A stretch of DNA of 64,000 nucleotides from Planctomycetota bacterium (GTDB lineage: Bacteria; Planctomycetota; SZUA-567; H5-PLA8), in contig JBBRPR010000011.1 in NCBI GenBank assembly GCA_038227875.1, forward strand, positions 126,402 through 190,401, read 5' to 3'. The notes beneath the pieces were generated by a model, which was not told where the DNA came from, did not search any database, and was given only the letters and a program-made list of their open reading frames with translations. Below are positions 1 to 10,245 of the stretch, one piece after another. Position 1 is the stretch's first letter; every line of letters begins with the position of its first letter. The position numbers and the translations under genes were made by a program.

Positions 1-183
1 CAGTTCCCGATAATTGGCGTACGTTTTCTTAAATCCGAATTGCTTCGCCACACGTTCGGACGACTCGCGCGAACGGTTGCAAATGCCGACCAGTTCCACT
101 CCCGGAATCTTCAACAGATTCGGAATGTGTTGGGTGCGCGTATTGTCGCCAGCGCCAAAAACTGCAACGCGAATGTCTGCCAT
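1..183 (-). CDS. Gfo/Idh/MocA family NAD(P)-dependent oxidoreductase, 5' part (runs off the window edge)
   Basis: Manual minus-strand translation MADIRVAVFGAGDNTRTQHIPNLLKIPGVELVGICNRSRESSERVAKQFG... shows a Rossmann-type start. GGAGG RBS upstream. Not in the ORF track. Confidence 0.85.
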   Translation of the reverse strand, partial: MADIRVAVFGAGDNTRTQHIPNLLKIPGVELVGICNRSRESSERVAKQFGFKKTYANYREL

Positions 184-343
184 GTGACCTCCCTGTTCAG
201 CATTATGGCCAATTGTCCATATGCTGACTTTTGATCAAGCCAGTAGATATGAACCCATCGTATTCAGAGATCCCACGCGCACAAAGCGAAACGCCTCAAG
301 CAAGCTCGAGGCGTTTTGCAAAATCACCAATTACCATCCAGAT

Positions 344-1018
344 TCATCGCCCGTCGTATTCACCCAGCGGCTTTTTGTCCTGAGGATTGCCGGGCGTATT
401 GTGGTAGCACCAGCGGTAGACCGGTGTCGAACTTTCATGATTGAGGTACGGCGGAATGATGCGCTGCTCCTGCGCCGGATCGTAGTAGCCTACGTTCAGC
501 ATGATAAAGCCCAACGAGCCCGAGAAGGTCAGCACGATGGCGTTGAGCAGCAGCACCGCCGTCATCAGCGGATTGGCCGGCTTGTAGCGAAAGACCGGCG
601 CGGTGCGGCGCGAACTGGCCGGATTCATCCCAACGCGGCTGCCCGGTGTGCGGATGCGCGAGACCGATGATTTCCTCGCCGGGTTCTCCAGCGGCAATCC
701 CGTGTGCACGACACTTTCAGAAACGCGGGTGATCACGCCGCTTGGCGATTCTTCCAATTTCTCGATCAACTCCGGCGTAATCCGTTCCAGCGGTACCAGG
801 ATGCCACTTTCGCCGGGCCGGGTGACGGTGGGCGGAATGATGATCGGCATGTCGCTCTGCAATTTCACAGTGGCCAGATCTTCCCGCCGGAACTTCATCG
901 TCCCCGCCGAGCGGTACGCACGCAACGCGCCGCTGGCCACCAGCATCTGCAGCTCACCTTCTTTGATCCCCAGAATCCGCAGTGCCTCGCCTGCATCCAA
1001 CCATTCCTGTTCAGCCAT
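344..1018 (-). CDS. Excisionase-like HTH (HTH_17) domain protein with C-terminal transmembrane helix
   Basis: N-terminus WLDAGEALRILGIKEGELQMLVASGALRAYRSAGTMKFRREDL, then a low-complexity linker and the hydrophobic segment LMTAVLLLNAIVLTFSGSLGFIMLNV. Confidence 0.75.
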   Translation of the reverse strand: MAEQEWLDAGEALRILGIKEGELQMLVASGALRAYRSAGTMKFRREDLATVKLQSDMPIIIPPTVTRPGESGILVPLERITPELIEKLEESPSGVITRVSESVVHTGLPLENPARKSSVSRIRTPGSRVGMNPASSRRTAPVFRYKPANPLMTAVLLLNAIVLTFSGSLGFIMLNVGYYDPAQEQRIIPPYLNHESSTPVYRWCYHNTPGNPQDKKPLGEYDGR

Positions 1019-1294
1019 GTGCGTGACCCTCGAGAGAAGTGGACGAACGCAAAGACAACACAGTTTTTGAGGAATAGATCAGGCAAGTTCGACGAGCAGA
1101 AGAAGGCTCTCGTCGTACAATCATCTCTAAATAACTTGGCGCGTTTGCTGATGAAAATATTAGCGGCGATATTTATGAAATCCGTTGCGCGAGTGCAGAC
1201 GAACAAACTGCCGGCTCCCGATTGGAATCCGTCGCATCAAGTTCAACATTGGAGGGGGTTCTGAGCAATTGCTCAGCCCCCTTGTGCTACGAAT

Positions 1295-4063
1295 TCACTT
1301 CGGCGGAATCACTGTCACCGGCGCAATCTTCTCCAATGCGTCTTTCAGCACCTTCGCATCGCCAACCACGATAATGGTCAACTTTGCCGGATCGACGGCC
1401 GACTGCGCCAGCTTGGCACAATCTTCCGCGGTTGTGATAGCGACGGTCTCCATCATCTTGCTGAAATAATCCGGCGGCAGCCCATTGGTCTCGATCACCC
1501 ACAGATCGTTTGCGACAGCCTGCGGCGTCTCGCGTTCGCGGACGAAACTGCCTTGTGTGTACGCCTTCTGATCGTCGAGTTCCCGGACCGTCGGCGGCTC
1601 ATCGCGCAGGCGCTTGATTTCATCCAGCACCGCCTGAACGGCCTGCGCGGTCGTCTCGTTTTTGCTGAACGTCGAGACATGAAAATCGCCGGCGAAGCGG
1701 CGCGCCGAGAAGCCGCCGTGCGCGCCATACGTCAGTCCCTTCTTGACGCGGATCACTTCATTCAAGCGCGAACCGAACGCTCCCCCGAAGTAACCGCTCA
1801 CAACCGTGGAGGTAAAGAACTTCGGATCGCGCCGCGTCAATCCCAGCTGGCCGACGCGAATCTGGCTCTGCACGCTTCCCGGCCGGTCGACCAGATAAAT
1901 GTGGGTCACCTGCGGTGCCGGGATTTCGGCGAGCTTGAATTCTGGCTTCGCACCTTCGGACTTCCACGTGCCCAGCGCGTTCTCAGCCAGCGCGACGGCC
2001 TGGTCGAGTTCAACGTCGCCGGAGAAGATCAGCGTCGCCATGTCCGGCCGCGCGATCTGCGTCCACCACGGCTTGAGCTCCTCGACTTTCAACGCGTCAA
2101 GGTCCGCCATCTCGCCACTTTCCGTGCGCGCGTACGGATGCTTGTCGTAGAGCTGCTTGCGGAGCGCTTTTTCCGCGGCGTATTCGGCCGTGCCTTCGGC
2201 CACGGCCAGTCCGGCGCGACTCTGCGCCTTGAGCTTGGTGAATTCTTTCTCATTGAACGTCGGCGTAAGCACAGCTTCAGCCATTAAGTTGACGGCGCGT
2301 TCGAGATGCTCGGTCATGCAGTCGGCCTCAACGCTGGAACTGTCGAGCGACGCGTTGCCATTAAGCGAGATGCCGTAGGTTTCCATCTCCAGCGCCAGCG
2401 CTCCTTCGTCGTGCTTGGCGGTGCCCTTGGTCAACATCTGCATCGTCATCAAAGCCAGCCCCGGCTTGGGTTCCGTCCACGCGCCACACTGCAGCCCCAG
2501 CCGCGCGGAGACAAACGGCACGCCGTGCTTGGTGATCACGACGACCTTCAGTCCGTTCGCCAGCGTCTTGGTCGTGAATTTCGGCGTGACATCCAGCTTC
2601 GTGGCCGGAGCGGCCGGTGGTTCGACAGGGAATCCATCCGGACGCTTCACGCCGGCACGGCCGGGCGGCGGCGCTTCCTTCTCCGGCGTCGCGGTGACCG
2701 GCGCGTCTTCTTCCTTGCCCCATTTTCCGAACAGCGTGCCGAGCAGATTGCGCTCGATGTTGAAGGTCATCTTGTGTTCCGGCGTGAAGTACTTCTGCGC
2801 CACGCGTTGAACGTCCGCGATGGTCACCGCGTTGATGCGCGAAAGCTGCTTGTTGACGTTGTCGACGTTGCCTTCCAGCACCGCAGCCCGGCCGATCTTG
2901 AACGCTTTGCTCTCCACCGTGAGGCTTTCGAACACAATCGTCTTGCGCAATTGCGTGCGCGCTTTATTCAGCTCGGCGTCGGTGACGGGCGTCGTGCGGA
3001 TCTTTTCAATTTCCTCTTCCAGTGCCGTTTGCGCTTTCTTCGCGTCGCCACCCAGCGGCGAGAGAGCCGCGCCGATCGCAAACAAACCATCCTGTTCCAA
3101 CGAAAAGTCGATTCCCTGCGCGAACGCCGCGGACTGATCGTTGGCGACCAGACGCCGGTAGACGCGGCTGGAATTTCCTTCGCACAGGATCTGCGCCAGC
3201 ACCTGCAGCGCTACATAATCTTCATGGCCCAGCGGCACGGTGCGGTATACCAGCGCCAGCAGCGGCGTGGGCGCGTTCTGTTCCTTGATCTTCACCGCCT
3301 TCGGCGCCGTCGGCATCGGCTCAACCACTGTCACGCGCGGCGGGTCGGGATACTTGGGAATCCAGCCGAAATACTTCTTCGCCAGCACTTCGACGTCGCC
3401 CTGCTTCACCGCGCCCACGATCACCAGCGTGGCGTTGTTGGGAACGTAGTAGCGCGTCCAGAATTCACGCAGTTCGCTGACGGCCGCCGCGCGAAGGTGC
3501 GGGATCTGGCCGATCGGCGTCCAGCGGTACGGATGGACCGTGTAGATTTCCGGCAGGACTTTGTCGAAGAGCGTCCCGTACGGCTGGTTCACGCCCATAC
3601 GGCGCTCTTCTTCGACCACCTTGCGCTCGGTGTCGAACGAATGCTGATCGATCTTCAAGAACGCCATGCGCTCCGATTCCAAATACATCGCCAGTTCCAG
3701 CTGGCTGGCAGGAAGCGCTTCGAAATAAACTGTTTCGTCGAAATTCGTGTACGCATTGCAGCCGCCGCCGACGCGGTGAACGCTGTCGAAATGCCCAGTC
3801 GGGCCAACGCGGTCGGTGCCTTGAAACATCATGTGCTCGAACATATGCGCGAAGCCCTGGCGTTCCGGCTTCTCGTCCTTCGAGCCGACGTGGTACCAGA
3901 GCTGCACCGAGACCACCGGGCAGGCGAAGTCTTCGAGCACCACCACCTTCAGTCCGTTCTCCAGCGTGATCACTTTGAAATCGTAAAGTGGTTTGTCTTC
4001 ACCACGGCACTGGAACGAGCAGAGCAATGCGACGGACAGTATCGAAAGCAGCAGCGTTTTCAT
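1295..4063 (-). CDS. Exported M16 (pitrilysin/insulinase family) zinc peptidase, fused alpha/beta halves
   Basis: HxxEH motif (HMFEH), two LxNGLKV starts, RLNEVIRVKKGLTY motif, signal peptide. ATG at 4063 follows GGAGAG. Confidence 0.93.
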   Translation of the reverse strand: MKTLLLSILSVALLCSFQCRGEDKPLYDFKVITLENGLKVVVLEDFACPVVSVQLWYHVGSKDEKPERQGFAHMFEHMMFQGTDRVGPTGHFDSVHRVGGGCNAYTNFDETVYFEALPASQLELAMYLESERMAFLKIDQHSFDTERKVVEEERRMGVNQPYGTLFDKVLPEIYTVHPYRWTPIGQIPHLRAAAVSELREFWTRYYVPNNATLVIVGAVKQGDVEVLAKKYFGWIPKYPDPPRVTVVEPMPTAPKAVKIKEQNAPTPLLALVYRTVPLGHEDYVALQVLAQILCEGNSSRVYRRLVANDQSAAFAQGIDFSLEQDGLFAIGAALSPLGGDAKKAQTALEEEIEKIRTTPVTDAELNKARTQLRKTIVFESLTVESKAFKIGRAAVLEGNVDNVNKQLSRINAVTIADVQRVAQKYFTPEHKMTFNIERNLLGTLFGKWGKEEDAPVTATPEKEAPPPGRAGVKRPDGFPVEPPAAPATKLDVTPKFTTKTLANGLKVVVITKHGVPFVSARLGLQCGAWTEPKPGLALMTMQMLTKGTAKHDEGALALEMETYGISLNGNASLDSSSVEADCMTEHLERAVNLMAEAVLTPTFNEKEFTKLKAQSRAGLAVAEGTAEYAAEKALRKQLYDKHPYARTESGEMADLDALKVEELKPWWTQIARPDMATLIFSGDVELDQAVALAENALGTWKSEGAKPEFKLAEIPAPQVTHIYLVDRPGSVQSQIRVGQLGLTRRDPKFFTSTVVSGYFGGAFGSRLNEVIRVKKGLTYGAHGGFSARRFAGDFHVSTFSKNETTAQAVQAVLDEIKRLRDEPPTVRELDDQKAYTQGSFVRERETPQAVANDLWVIETNGLPPDYFSKMMETVAITTAEDCAKLAQSAVDPAKLTIIVVGDAKVLKDALEKIAPVTVIPPK

Positions 4064-4083
4064 CGAACTCTCCAAATAGTGAA

Positions 4084-4110
4084 ACACCGGCGGTTGTGAA
4101 CCACCGGTGT
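4084..4110 (-). terminator. Stem-loop between the 4147-4614 gene and the M16 peptidase (possible terminator or processing site)
   Basis: ACACCGGCGGTT-GTG-AACCACCGGTGT inverted repeat. Confidence 0.4.
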
Positions 4111-4146
4111 CATGACACTCTAAAATGAAGCAAGTGGCGTGAAAAA

Positions 4147-4614
4147 TTATTTATCTTTCACTTCGGCTTTGTCGCCGACCTTCAGCGTTCTGATTTTAGC
4201 TTCGACTTCGCGAATCTGGCGGCGCAGCAGGTTGACCTTCTTGACCTGATCCTTGACGTCCGAATCGTGCGCCGAAACGCCGATGTCCGGCGCCGCGTCC
4301 CAGCAGCGCGCCACGTTTTCGCCCAGCTTCTGATACGCGGACTTCAATTCCAGGCGCAGCTTTTCCAGCTCTGCCATGGTGATGCCGATGCGCGTGTATT
4401 TTTCCGCTGTCTGTCCGGCCGCCTTCAGGCTGTCGCCCATCTGCTGGAAGAAGCCCTTCGACTTGGGCTGATCGCCCGCGGGATCAGTCTTGGATTTGGC
4501 CCGGTTGTCGTATTCTTTCTCTTCGTCCTCGAACGGCTCCGCCTCGATAATCTCGTCGTCTTCGTCTTCCTCTTCTTCACTGCGCTGCTTTTTCGACTTC
4601 CGAGACTTGGCCAT
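4147..4614 (-). CDS. Hypothetical protein (acidic N-terminus, helical/coiled-coil C-terminus)
   Basis: Co-oriented with neighbours, GC-biased codon usage, purine-rich RBS-like sequence (GAAAGGACAGG) upstream. Confidence 0.75.
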   Translation of the reverse strand: MAKSRKSKKQRSEEEEDEDDEIIEAEPFEDEEKEYDNRAKSKTDPAGDQPKSKGFFQQMGDSLKAAGQTAEKYTRIGITMAELEKLRLELKSAYQKLGENVARCWDAAPDIGVSAHDSDVKDQVKKVNLLRRQIREVEAKIRTLKVGDKAEVKDK

Positions 4615-4765
4615 GAGGACCTGTCCTTTCTAAAGCGTATGCAGTATGGAAGAAGACGCCGGACGCCAGCTCGTTGAAAAAAGTCTATTCCCGCCTGGTT
4701 TCTCCGTGAAACGCCTGGCAGTAAAGGCGTTTCGCGGCGCAGGCCAGGGGTTTATCAACGGGCTG

Positions 4766-5011
4766 TTAGTGCCGTCGGGCAGCCTCACGCGCGGCATCTC
4801 TCGCTGCGTCGCGGGCCTTTTCTTCCTCAATCAGCTTCTGTTCCTTCTCTTCCTTGATCTCGTCCGGCGTCAATGGCCGGATGAATCCGGGCATCGACCA
4901 TAGAAACCAAACCACTCCGAGGAGGATCAGGCCACCACCAATCATGAGTAAATTTTGTTTTGGTTTGGGTGCGTTGGGATTGGGCTTCTTTTCGGCAGGG
5001 CCGGTAGCCAT
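4766..5011 (-). CDS. Small single-pass membrane protein
   Basis: TM segment LLMIGGGLILLGVVWFLWSM, charged C-terminus, GAGGG RBS. Confidence 0.7.
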   Translation of the reverse strand: MATGPAEKKPNPNAPKPKQNLLMIGGGLILLGVVWFLWSMPGFIRPLTPDEIKEEKEQKLIEEEKARDAARDAAREAARRH

Positions 5012-5121
5012 GGCGATTTTCCCTCGAACCAGAACGTGGCATGATGCAAAACGTTATGGAACTTTACGAAGTGCCTTTGGAAAAAGCAAGTCCCTTGCGC
5101 ACACATCGTGCAACGCACCCG

Positions 5122-6267
5122 TTATTTCGTTGTGGGCTTAAAATCTTGCGTCCAAACCCACGTGCTGAGCGCCCCCGACATCAGCACGTCCGGTCCGATC
5201 AGATCCACCCGCGGCGCGCGCAGTTCCAAGCTCTCCGCGACACGCGACACGCCCCGGCCTCCCACCGCCGTGGCGCTGCCGATGCCGCCGACGATCTTTG
5301 GCGCAATAAAGATGTACGCCTGATCGGCCAGGCGGCTGTCCGCGAAGGAACCGAGCACCGCGCTGCCGCCTTCTACCAACACCGATTGAATCCGCTCCTT
5401 CACCAACGCCTTGAGCACCGCCTCGAGCGGCAACGTGAAATTGCGGCGTTCCACGCTGATCACTTTGGCACCGCGCGCCGTCAGCGCCGTGACGCGCTCG
5501 GCCGGAGCATCCGTCGCGCAGACGATCAACACCGCCCCACCCTCGGCGCTCCACAGCGGCGCGTCCAGCGGCGTCCGTGCGTTGGAGTCGAGAATCACAC
5601 GGCGCGGCTGCCGCACTTTCTCGCCCGTCTCGTTGCGCGCATTGAGCCGCGCGCCATCGGCGATCAGCGTATTGATGCCGACCAGCACTGCGTCGTGAGC
5701 CGCGCGCAGACGATGCACCAACGCGCGTGACGCGTCCGACGTGATCCATTTCGAATCGCCACCTACCGCCGCGATTTTTCCGTCCGCCGACATCGCCCAT
5801 TTCAAGCTGACGAACGGCAGCCCCGTCTGCAGCGTTTTGAAAAACGGCGCGTTCAGCGCTTCGCATTCTGCCTCGAGCACATCGGTGATCACGTCGATCC
5901 CCGCGTTGCGCAGCGTCGTGATGCCGCCACTCGCCACGGGATTGGGATCCAGCGACCCGATCACCACCGTTTTAACACCTGCCGCAATGATCGCCTGCGC
6001 ACACGGCGGCGTTTTTCCCGTGTGATTGCAAGGCTCGAGCGTGCAATACAACGTCGCCCCGCGCGCGCGGTCGCCAGCTTCCTGAAGCGCAAACACTTCC
6101 GCGTGCGGCCCGCCGTACTGCTGATGCCAGCCTTGACCGGCAATCTGGCCGTCTTTCACAACGACCGCGCCAACCTGCGGATTGGGACTGACCCAAGCGC
6201 CGCCCCGGCACGCCAGCGTAAGCGCTTCCCGCATAATGTGGTCGCGACTCAAACCGTCACTCATCAT
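5122..6267 (-). CDS. ribD: Bifunctional riboflavin biosynthesis deaminase/reductase RibD
   Basis: PNPQVGAVVV, HAE, TLEPCNHTGKTPPC zinc deaminase motifs; SADGKIA, WIT, LVEGGS reductase motifs. Confidence 0.97.
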   Translation of the reverse strand: MMSDGLSRDHIMREALTLACRGGAWVSPNPQVGAVVVKDGQIAGQGWHQQYGGPHAEVFALQEAGDRARGATLYCTLEPCNHTGKTPPCAQAIIAAGVKTVVIGSLDPNPVASGGITTLRNAGIDVITDVLEAECEALNAPFFKTLQTGLPFVSLKWAMSADGKIAAVGGDSKWITSDASRALVHRLRAAHDAVLVGINTLIADGARLNARNETGEKVRQPRRVILDSNARTPLDAPLWSAEGGAVLIVCATDAPAERVTALTARGAKVISVERRNFTLPLEAVLKALVKERIQSVLVEGGSAVLGSFADSRLADQAYIFIAPKIVGGIGSATAVGGRGVSRVAESLELRAPRVDLIGPDVLMSGALSTWVWTQDFKPTTK

Positions 6268-6287
6268 TCGTCACTCATCGCCGCCCA

Positions 6288-7055
6288 TCACTCCACCACA
6301 CCTTCGTGCCAGCGGAACGCACCGCGCAGCGCCAGCATCCGTCCTTTTTCCGGAACGCTCTTGAGCGACTTCGCGTCGAGGCAGACCAGCGAAATGCGGC
6401 TCAGTGTCGTATCCGCCAGTGCGCCCCAGCTGACGTTGGTCTGCAGCGACGGATACCCCGCCAGCCCACCGATCACCACCGCCTGCTTGGGCGAATCGAG
6501 TTTCTCTTCGATATCCTGAAACGGTCCCGGCTCGATCACGCCGTCTTCCTGTTTGCGCACCACCAGCTCCGGGCCGTTGGCGGAAGGAAATATCGCGGTG
6601 CGCTGTTTCATCACGCTGAAGAGCCGCTGGGCATTTGTGCGCGAAAGCGGCACAGGGTACTTCGCGTCCATCGTCAGCATGTCCGTGCAGCAGATCACGT
6701 CTCCGACGGCCACGAACGTGGGCCGCGCGTTGATCCACTCGGCTTCCTCGCGCGTGATCACCGAAAGAAAGCTGCGGACATTACGGCGGATGTACCCGGT
6801 CGTATTCGCCAGCCCCTGCAGCCGCCAGCCGGCGATCTGCCGGTCGGTGTCGTTGGCCAGCGTCTGGATCTCCTCGGTGCGCAGCCAGCGGATGATCGTC
6901 GCCGGAGGATCGACGTCGGTCTGATTAGTCTTACCGCTCCAGACCAGCCCGCCCAGACAGATCAACTGCTCCGCTCCGCGCTTGCGCAGTTCGGCCACCA
7001 TCGCCTGGACCAGTTTGAGATTTTCCCCCGGGTAGCCGAACACGCCGATTTTCAT
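6288..7055 (-). CDS. Metallophosphoesterase-fold protein with degenerate metal-binding motifs
   Basis: Spacing matches the calcineurin-like MPP N-terminus (MKIGVF..., LICLGGLV, IQTLANDTD) but DxH, GD and GNH residues are replaced. Confidence 0.6.
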   Translation of the reverse strand: MKIGVFGYPGENLKLVQAMVAELRKRGAEQLICLGGLVWSGKTNQTDVDPPATIIRWLRTEEIQTLANDTDRQIAGWRLQGLANTTGYIRRNVRSFLSVITREEAEWINARPTFVAVGDVICCTDMLTMDAKYPVPLSRTNAQRLFSVMKQRTAIFPSANGPELVVRKQEDGVIEPGPFQDIEEKLDSPKQAVVIGGLAGYPSLQTNVSWGALADTTLSRISLVCLDAKSLKSVPEKGRMLALRGAFRWHEGVVE

Positions 7056-7131
7056 GAATACTCCGTTCACGGGTGATGGGATTCAATGGACTCTGGTTGG
7101 ACGAAAGGTGCGACTTCTTCGTTAGAACGTA

Positions 7132-8259
7132 TTACCGAAACGGGTTCTCGAATTCCATCCGTCTCAACAATTCTTCGGCCGTGCGCCCGATCGGCCCGCT
7201 GGCGTCCAGGCTCCGCGCTTTGATGAAATCCGCGCGCGCCCCCGCCCGTTCGTTGCGCCGCAGCCGCCGCTCTGCGCGGATCAGCAGCGGCACCGGATCG
7301 CGCGGCTGCAGATGCACGAGCACCGTCGCCACACGTTCGGCTTCCAGCGAGCGCTTCTGGTGGTCGAAGAGCGCCAGCAGATTGTTGCACATCCGCGCCA
7401 ATATTTCGATCGGCGAGCTGGCTTTGAGATGTTCGTCGGGCACAAACGGCTGGCCGTGGGACTCCACCGTCTGACGGCAATCTTCGACGTTCATCGCACG
7501 CGCGCCGCGGAACGGATCGATCAGCACGAATTGTTCGCCATCCTTGGTTGCCACTTTTACGCGCACGATAAAATGGCCCGGCATCCCCACCCCATCGACA
7601 GAAAGAAACAAGCGTCGCGCGACCGCGAGATACAGCACCGACAGCGCGATCGGCAAGCCCGTACGGCGTTCCAGCACGTCGGGAATGTAGCTGTTGCGGT
7701 CGCTGTAGTAGTCTTCGACGTTGCCGTGAAAACCTTCGTCGCGCCAGAATTCGCCGAGCAGCCGGATCACATCGAGCGGCTGCTTGGAGGCCACGATTTT
7801 CGCTTCCTGTTTCTGCGCGCCCAGCTGCCCGCAAATAAACGTGCCGGCCTTCTTCGCCAGAGCATCGATGTCGCGCATCACGCGCTGGACGGGAAGGTTG
7901 GGATACGACAGCCTCGAAAGCAGCACCGCACCGTGTTCAACGGCGTAGTTGCGCTTGTCGCGCAACATCGCCTGGTAGATCTGGCGGCCGATCTCGTCCG
8001 GGACGAGCAGGCGAATCAACGAGCGCGCGGCGGCGGCAGCATTTTCGTGCCGGCTGGCGGCGGCCTTCGACAGCGCCGGCAGCGCGTCGGCGCCCATCAC
8101 CAGAATTTCGCGCGCGATTTCCGCGCGGCGTTCCGTGTCCACGTTCTCGCACATTTCCATCAGCACGTACGCGCGGCATTTGCGGCGGTACATTTCCGCT
8201 TCCGGCGCAGGCAGTTGGCGGGGGTCCGGGCCATGCAAGGGAAGCGGCAGATCGTCCAT
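7132..8259 (-). CDS. SirB1-family transglutaminase-like/TPR protein with N-terminal helical extension
   Basis: GFHGNVEDYYSDRNSYIPDVLERRTGLPIALSVLY, GVGMPGHF, IDPF, ILARMCNNL motifs; C-terminal TPR-like helix pair. Confidence 0.88.
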   Translation of the reverse strand: MDDLPLPLHGPDPRQLPAPEAEMYRRKCRAYVLMEMCENVDTERRAEIAREILVMGADALPALSKAAASRHENAAAAARSLIRLLVPDEIGRQIYQAMLRDKRNYAVEHGAVLLSRLSYPNLPVQRVMRDIDALAKKAGTFICGQLGAQKQEAKIVASKQPLDVIRLLGEFWRDEGFHGNVEDYYSDRNSYIPDVLERRTGLPIALSVLYLAVARRLFLSVDGVGMPGHFIVRVKVATKDGEQFVLIDPFRGARAMNVEDCRQTVESHGQPFVPDEHLKASSPIEILARMCNNLLALFDHQKRSLEAERVATVLVHLQPRDPVPLLIRAERRLRRNERAGARADFIKARSLDASGPIGRTAEELLRRMEFENPFR

Positions 8260-8519
8260 GGTGACCACTTTCCTTAAAGAGTTGTAAGCTGTCAAGCACT
8301 ACAGATCGCGCCGGAATTATTGTTGCAAAGCGCGTCCGAAAAACGACTCATTCATACACTAGCCGTTGAAACTGCCAGACTTTAATTTCGTGATCACTGC
8401 CGTGACTGTTTCTTTACTTGAAAAGTCTGAAGGTGGTGGAAGATGAGGCGTCTTAACAAACGTAAGCTTTAAAAAATCGCGTCGAACACCATCGTTACTG
8501 TGGATTCGAACAAGGGACT

Positions 8520-9509
8520 ATGGCCGAAGACATTCTCGTCAACGTTTCGAACCTGATTAAAACCTACGGCCCGCTCCGCGCGGTGGACGACCTGACTTTC
8601 CAGGTCCGGCGCGGTGAAATCGTCGGGCTCCTGGGTCCCAACGGCGCCGGCAAGTCCACGACGATGAAGGTGCTCACCTGCTACCTTGTCGCCGATGGTG
8701 GCACCGCTTCCGTCTCCGGCGTCTCGATCGACGTCGACCCCGTCGAAGTCCGCCGCCACATCGGTTACCTCCCCGAAAACGCACCTCTTTATACAGAGAT
8801 GCGCGTGAAGGAGTACTTGGCGTTCGTCGGCAACATCCGCGGTCTCGGCGCGCGCCGCAACCAGCGCATCGATTGGGCCGTCGAAGCCTGCGGTCTCCAG
8901 GCCAAGTATATGTCGCCGATCAGCAATCTCTCGCGCGGCTACCGCCAGCGCGTGGGCCTGGCTCAGGCGGTGCTCCACGATCCGGATCTACTCATCCTCG
9001 ACGAACCGACCAGCGGTCTGGATCCCATTCAGCTGATCGAAATCCGCAAGCTGATCATGGAAATTGGCAAGACCAAGACCGTCCTCTTTTCAACTCACGT
9101 GATGCAGGAAGTCGAAGCCGTCTGCAGCCGCGCCATGATCATCAACAAGGGCAAGCTCGTCGCTGACGGCGCGCCCAGCGAACTGAAAGCGAAGATCGGC
9201 CGCGAACAGCGCGTGATCGCGCGCCTGAAAGGCCCGACGGTGGCCGAACTGGAATCCGCCGCGAAGTCGCTTTCTCACGTCTCCGGCGTCAAAGTGCAGA
9301 AGCTCCCCAATAAAGGCGGGAGCAGCGGAGACGGCTGGATGGAATGCAGCCTGCAGAGCCTCAACAACGGCTCCGGCGATCCGGGCGCGAGCGAGCAGCT
9401 ATTCACGATCTGCAAAGAGAAAAACTGGTCAGTCCAGGAGATCCGCGTCGAAGCGTTGTCGCTGGAAGACGCATTCCTGAAGGCGACCGGGCACGAAGCG
9501 TTGAAATAA
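8520..9509 (+). CDS. ABC transporter ATP-binding protein (GldA-like)
   Basis: Walker A GPNGAGKST, signature LSRGYRQR, Walker B LLILDEPTSGLD. Confidence 0.95.
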   Translation: MAEDILVNVSNLIKTYGPLRAVDDLTFQVRRGEIVGLLGPNGAGKSTTMKVLTCYLVADGGTASVSGVSIDVDPVEVRRHIGYLPENAPLYTEMRVKEYLAFVGNIRGLGARRNQRIDWAVEACGLQAKYMSPISNLSRGYRQRVGLAQAVLHDPDLLILDEPTSGLDPIQLIEIRKLIMEIGKTKTVLFSTHVMQEVEAVCSRAMIINKGKLVADGAPSELKAKIGREQRVIARLKGPTVAELESAAKSLSHVSGVKVQKLPNKGGSSGDGWMECSLQSLNNGSGDPGASEQLFTICKEKNWSVQEIRVEALSLEDAFLKATGHEALK

Positions 9510-9528
9510 GAGGGATCAACAACCGATC

Positions 9529-10242
9529 ATGAGCGCAACACTCAGTATCACCCGGCGCGAACTGGGGGCGTACTTCAATACGCCCATCGGTTACGTCTTC
9601 ATCATTTTTTTCCTGGTGCTCACCTGCTACCTGTACGTGCAGCAGTTGTTCATCAGCAACAGCGCCGACATGCGCGGCTACTTCGCCAATCTCACGTTCA
9701 TGTTCCTCTTCTTCATTCCCGCGATCTCCATGCGCCTGTGGGCCGAAGAACGCAAGCTGGGCACGCTCGAACTGCTGATGACCATGCCGATCAAGACCTG
9801 GCAGGCCGTCCTCGGAAAGTACCTCGCCGGGATGATCGTAATTGCGCTGATGCTGGTGCTCACCCTGCATCTTCCCATCACGCTGGCGGTGATGGGCAAT
9901 CCCGACGCCGGCCCGATCATCGGCGGCTACATCGGCTCGATGATCCTCGGCATGATTTACCTCGCGATCGGCGCGTTTGCCTCCAGCGTCACGTCCGACC
10001 AGATCGTCGCCTTCATCATCGCGCTCTCGATCAACTTCTTCTTTTACATGCTCGGCATGCTGGCGATGTGGGTGAAGGATTACAGCGCCACGCTGGCGAA
10101 CGTGATTGAACGTTTCGGCGTCGATCCGCATTTCACCAGCATCGCGCGCGGCGTGATCGACACCCGCGACATCATCTACGCGGTCACCGTGTCGGGCCTG
10201 TTTCTGCTGTTGAACATTTTGATCGTCGAACGGCGGCGCTAA
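9529..10242 (+). CDS. ABC-2 type permease (GldF-like)
   Basis: RRELGAYFNTPIGY, PAISMRLWAEERKLGTLELLMT, GVIDTRDIIY motifs; about 6 TM segments. Confidence 0.92.
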   Translation: MSATLSITRRELGAYFNTPIGYVFIIFFLVLTCYLYVQQLFISNSADMRGYFANLTFMFLFFIPAISMRLWAEERKLGTLELLMTMPIKTWQAVLGKYLAGMIVIALMLVLTLHLPITLAVMGNPDAGPIIGGYIGSMILGMIYLAIGAFASSVTSDQIVAFIIALSINFFFYMLGMLAMWVKDYSATLANVIERFGVDPHFTSIARGVIDTRDIIYAVTVSGLFLLLNILIVERRR

Positions 10243-10245
10243 CCC

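Noticed and set aside
2306..4099. Long antisense or alternate-frame ORFs (e.g. 2306-4099, 49427-50920, 60446-62125)
   Set aside because: Shadows of real genes caused by high GC3; no motifs.
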